Source of the DNA: an uncultured virus (IMG/VR IMGVR_UViG_3300027668_000014)
Lineage: Duplodnaviria > Heunggongvirae > Uroviricota > Caudoviricetes > Crassvirales
Strand: one strand, 5' to 3'
Length of the DNA: 20,000 nt
IMG/VR virus record: IMGVR_UViG_3300027668_000014
Below the pieces are notes generated by a model. The model did not search any database. It saw nothing but the letters and a program-made list of their open reading frames with translations, and was not told the DNA's origin. A program made the position numbers and the translations under genes. Position 1 is the stretch's first letter; every line of letters starts with the position of its first letter. Of this stretch, positions 17,861-20,000 are shown in pieces.

Positions 17861-18001
17861 TAACAACAAAGAAACAACGTTCATTATCAGTTACCAATTA
17901 GTCAACACACATTACATATGTAAACTATGTTACAAGTGTGAACACATAGAGTCAGTGGTATTACTGTACACTATTCTAAACGACTTAATAAAGTATATAC
18001 T

Positions 18002-18041
18002 TTTACATACCAAATACTATACTTAATGGATAATATATATG
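18002..18041 (+). promoter_or_regulatory. Repeated early promoter-like motif, copy 2
   Basis: TTTACATACCAAATACTATACTTAATGGATAATATATATG. Confidence 0.7.
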
Positions 18042-18076
18042 AACAAACAAACTAATAATAATTAAAATAATTAAAT

Positions 18077-18325
18077 ATGTCAAATGTAACAAAAGTTGAA
18101 GAACTTAAAACTAAAAGATTTGTAATCAGAAAATCATTAATTGGTAAAAATGTAGTAATAACATTTACTAATAAAAAACAAGAAAATGTTTCTTATAATC
18201 ATGATGAAGTATACAATACTCATAAAGAGAAATTCGAGTCAATGAATTGTTTCAATAAGTACAAGTCGTACACTTCAAGTAATAATATTCCATTATTCTG
18301 TAGAAACTTACAAATTACTGAATAG
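18077..18325 (+). CDS. Hypothetical early protein (82 aa)
   Basis: First ORF of the plus-strand module, with an A-rich leader; KTKRFVIRKSLIGKN segment. Confidence 0.75.
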   Translation: MSNVTKVEELKTKRFVIRKSLIGKNVVITFTNKKQENVSYNHDEVYNTHKEKFESMNCFNKYKSYTSSNNIPLFCRNLQITE

Positions 18326-18400
18326 TAATTACTAAACAAAAGTGGTAGTTGAGTAACATTTCCCACTATAAAATATGAATGACCGAGTAGTTCGACTACA

Positions 18401-18442
18401 CTGTAGTAACGGTTTTTGTAAGTTCGATTCTTACACTACAAC
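18401..18442 (+). ncRNA. tRNA-like minihelix (acceptor stem plus T-arm; no D or anticodon arm)
   Basis: TGTAGT (18402-07) pairs with ACTACA (18435-40). The T-arm GTAAG-TTCGATT-CTTAC (18418-34) stacks directly on it, joined by the 10-nt connector AACGGTTTTT. Confidence 0.5.
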
Positions 18443-18445
18443 AAA

Positions 18446-18487
18446 TATACAAACCAAATACTAATAGTATTGGATAATATATACATG
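18446..18487 (+). promoter_or_regulatory. Repeated early promoter-like motif, copy 3
   Basis: TATACAAACCAAATACTAATAGTATTGGATAATATATACATG. Confidence 0.7.
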
Positions 18488-18619
18488 AATACAATAAATA
18501 ATATAAAAATCAAGTTACTCGAGTTATTAATAAATAATATATTCAAGTACAATAAAAATGAATGTCGAGAGAAGTATATAGAAACTACTATGGACGACTT
18601 ATACTCCTTAATAAAATAA
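18485..18619 (+). CDS. Small hypothetical protein (44 aa; MNTINNIKIKLLELL...)
   Basis: Hand-translated; the ATG directly follows motif copy 3. Confidence 0.5.
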   Translation: MNTINNIKIKLLELLINNIFKYNKNECREKYIETTMDDLYSLIK

Positions 18620-18625
18620 TAAAAT

Positions 18626-18763
18626 ATGAATAAAGAAATAAAACTAATACAAGATACTATGATATCAACACTCAATTTCTCTCAACAAGAAATAGACAAT
18701 GTAAGTAATTATAGTAAAGAATTAATAAATGAAATAATAAAAGAAATAATATGTTTAAAGTAA
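18626..18763 (+). CDS. Small hypothetical protein (45 aa; MNKEIKLIQDTMIST...)
   Basis: Hand-translated; tiles tightly between its neighbours. Confidence 0.55.
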   Translation: MNKEIKLIQDTMISTLNFSQQEIDNVSNYSKELINEIIKEIICLK

Positions 18764-18927
18764 AAGAAAACGATCTATTCTCAAAGAATATGAGTGGATC
18801 AGAGTTGTACAAAACAACTAAAATGGGTAAAGATAACTCAAAGAAATTAGTAACCGATTATGACAAAGTATCATTCGATAAGTGGATGAATGACTTGATC
18901 GATCGAAATGGTGTAACAAAGTATTAG
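18751..18927 (+). CDS. Small hypothetical protein (58 aa; MFKVKENDLFSKNMSG...)
   Basis: Hand-translated; stop lies 1 nt before the next ATG at 18929. Confidence 0.6.
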   Translation: MFKVKENDLFSKNMSGSELYKTTKMGKDNSKKLVTDYDKVSFDKWMNDLIDRNGVTKY

Positions 18928-18928
18928 T

Positions 18929-19207
18929 ATGAAGATAGATAAAGTGAGAGCTCACAGAGAAGAGTTAAAAAGATTGTTATTCAATGTACCAAATAGTACA
19001 GTGGTAACTAAAACAATAACAGTAACGATGATTAAAGGTATTGATGGTAAACCAAATCAATGGTGGGATGGATATGGTAATGTATCGATCGATAGTGATG
19101 GACCAAATGGTTTTACTCACTTCGGAACTTCACAAGAATATCCAATGAAATACGCACTAAACTGTAAAGAGTATTTATCAGGTGAATATCAATTAATAGT
19201 AAAATAA
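18929..19207 (+). CDS. Hypothetical early protein (92 aa)
   Basis: ORF track; tight gene packing. Confidence 0.7.
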   Translation: MKIDKVRAHREELKRLLFNVPNSTVVTKTITVTMIKGIDGKPNQWWDGYGNVSIDSDGPNGFTHFGTSQEYPMKYALNCKEYLSGEYQLIVK

Positions 19208-19212
19208 ATAGT

Positions 19213-19347
19213 ATGTCAAAGAAATTAGAAAACAGGTGGGCAGAGATAATATTCGTAGTATTAATATCTGTAATATTAATGACGAGTTGTGGTACAACTA
19301 AACGTGGCGGAGGTTGCGGTGGAAGTCCAATACATTTAGGTAATTAA
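19213..19347 (+). CDS. Small lipoprotein (44 aa)
   Basis: Hand-translated MSKKLENRWAEIIFVVLISVILMTS|CGTTKRGGGCGGSPIHLGN: basic n-region, hydrophobic h-region and lipobox-like MTSC. Confidence 0.65.
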   Translation: MSKKLENRWAEIIFVVLISVILMTSCGTTKRGGGCGGSPIHLGN

Positions 19348-19348
19348 T

Positions 19349-19603
19349 ATGAGTAGAAAGATAATAATAGATAAGTATGAGAACAATTCTCATTACAGTA
19401 TAACAGTAGTAGATAAGTATAATCAAAAGTTCCACCTTGGTTACGAGAGTTCACTAGATAACACAATACTAAGTAAGTATGAACAACTCGCCTGTGATGT
19501 ATGGGCAAATGAAGTGAAGAATACACCAAGTTTAATGGATAAAGCGATCGCACAATGTGTAGAAATAGACGAGGCGAACGGTAAAGAACCATCACTAGAC
19601 TAA
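19349..19603 (+). CDS. Hypothetical early protein (84 aa)
   Basis: ORF track; begins 1 nt after the previous stop. Confidence 0.7.
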   Translation: MSRKIIIDKYENNSHYSITVVDKYNQKFHLGYESSLDNTILSKYEQLACDVWANEVKNTPSLMDKAIAQCVEIDEANGKEPSLD

Positions 19604-19677
19604 TGGGAGCGTGGATAATACTAGCGATGATCACTACAATGATTTGTAGACATCTTCTATCAGAATATACAAACTAA
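19603..19677 (+). CDS. Putative 24-aa hydrophobic peptide (MGAWIILAMITTMICRHLLSEYTN)
   Basis: TAATG stop/start coupling with the upstream gene; hydrophobic. Confidence 0.4.
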   Translation: MGAWIILAMITTMICRHLLSEYTN

Positions 19678-19707
19678 ATACGATTAAAGTAAGATAATAT
19701 ATATATG
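19666..19707 (+). promoter_or_regulatory. Repeated early promoter-like motif, copy 4
   Basis: TATACAAACTAAATACGATTAAAGTAAGATAATATATATATG. Confidence 0.7.
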
Positions 19708-19914
19708 AAATGTAAATGTAATAAACAAATCCCAAATGGTCGACTACGTCTCGGCTTCAAAGTATGTGTCACCTGCTCTTCAGTCGAAGCGTATGGTTGT
19801 GCACCACTAATTAACCATAAAACTGGTAATAGTATACAAATAATGTCTAGTGCAGACGCTAAAAAAATAGCCAAGATGACTCAACGCAGAGGATATGGCA
19901 CAATGTTAGGATAA
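19705..19914 (+). CDS. DksA/TraR-like C4 zinc-finger protein (69 aa)
   Basis: CKC-NKQIPNGRLRLGFKV-CVTC matches the C..C-x-IP..RL....C..C pattern. Confidence 0.6.
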   Translation: MKCKCNKQIPNGRLRLGFKVCVTCSSVEAYGCAPLINHKTGNSIQIMSSADAKKIAKMTQRRGYGTMLG

Positions 19915-20000
19915 AAAGAAAACACTAATTCCCCAAGAAAGAAGAAGAAGAAATTAAGGAAGGAAGCTGAAAAAGAAATTGAGAAAATAATATCAGATAG

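Noticed and set aside
17557..17901. 114-aa plus-strand ORF (MGYSATPSPPPSP...)
   Set aside because: Non-ATG start; it simply translates the C-tract and TGTCA repeats (SCH repeats) and overlaps regulatory motifs.
17754..18041. Possible CRISPR or mini-array
   Set aside because: Repeats are 5-13 bp without unique spacers, the 40-bp motifs are degenerate and irregularly spaced, and no cas genes are present.
18313..18333. AATTACT-GAAT-AGTAATT hairpin as a terminator
   Set aside because: AT-rich weak stem with no U-tract.
18380..18445. Complete tRNA gene
   Set aside because: No D-arm or anticodon arm fits between the acceptor 5' strand and the T-arm; kept only as a tRNA-like element.
18436..19874. 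Minus-strand ORFs 18436-18675, 19344-19634 and 19674-19874
   Set aside because: Antisense to the tightly tiled plus-strand genes and promoter motifs.
19915..20000. Open in-frame continuation after the zinc-finger TAA (KENTNSPRKKKKKLRKEAEKEIEKIISD), suggesting readthrough or recoding
   Set aside because: TAA, TAG and TGA all act as normal stops elsewhere in the window. Purine-rich sequence stays open by chance, and the window edge prevents assessment.

Overview
Segment of a tailed dsDNA phage genome. The host is most likely a marine Bacteroidota (Flavobacteriia) bacterium, inferred from AT-rich ribosome-binding regions without Shine-Dalgarno sequences and from a gene set resembling chaperonin-encoding flavophages of the Cellulophaga phi38:1 type. 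Positions 1-17442 form one minus-strand late/morphogenesis module. In transcription order it holds a small HNH-like gene, a cluster of basic low-complexity proteins, groEL-groES, three paralogous small genes, a wHTH-like protein, a HExxH peptidase, a 3-TM holin, two structural proteins (one LamG-like), a tandem double-GroES-like protein, the small and large terminase subunits, portal, scaffold and major capsid protein (cut by the window start). Positions ~17443-18076 are a divergent non-coding region with an inverted repeat, a G4/C-tract, an iteron-like TGTCA array and promoter motifs; this is a candidate genome terminus, packaging site or origin. Positions ~17821-20000 are an AT-rich plus-strand early region of very small ORFs driven by a ~40-bp motif repeated four times. 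It also contains a tRNA-like minihelix, a pseudoknot candidate, an unannotated 44-aa lipoprotein and a DksA/TraR-like zinc-finger protein. The most novel-looking signals are (i) a family of basic proteins sharing [AG][FY]K[ML] and SP[LA]K motifs, including the HExxH peptidase, (ii) the armless tRNA-like RNA, and (iii) a three-component chaperonin set. All calls come from reading motifs by eye; no database search was run.
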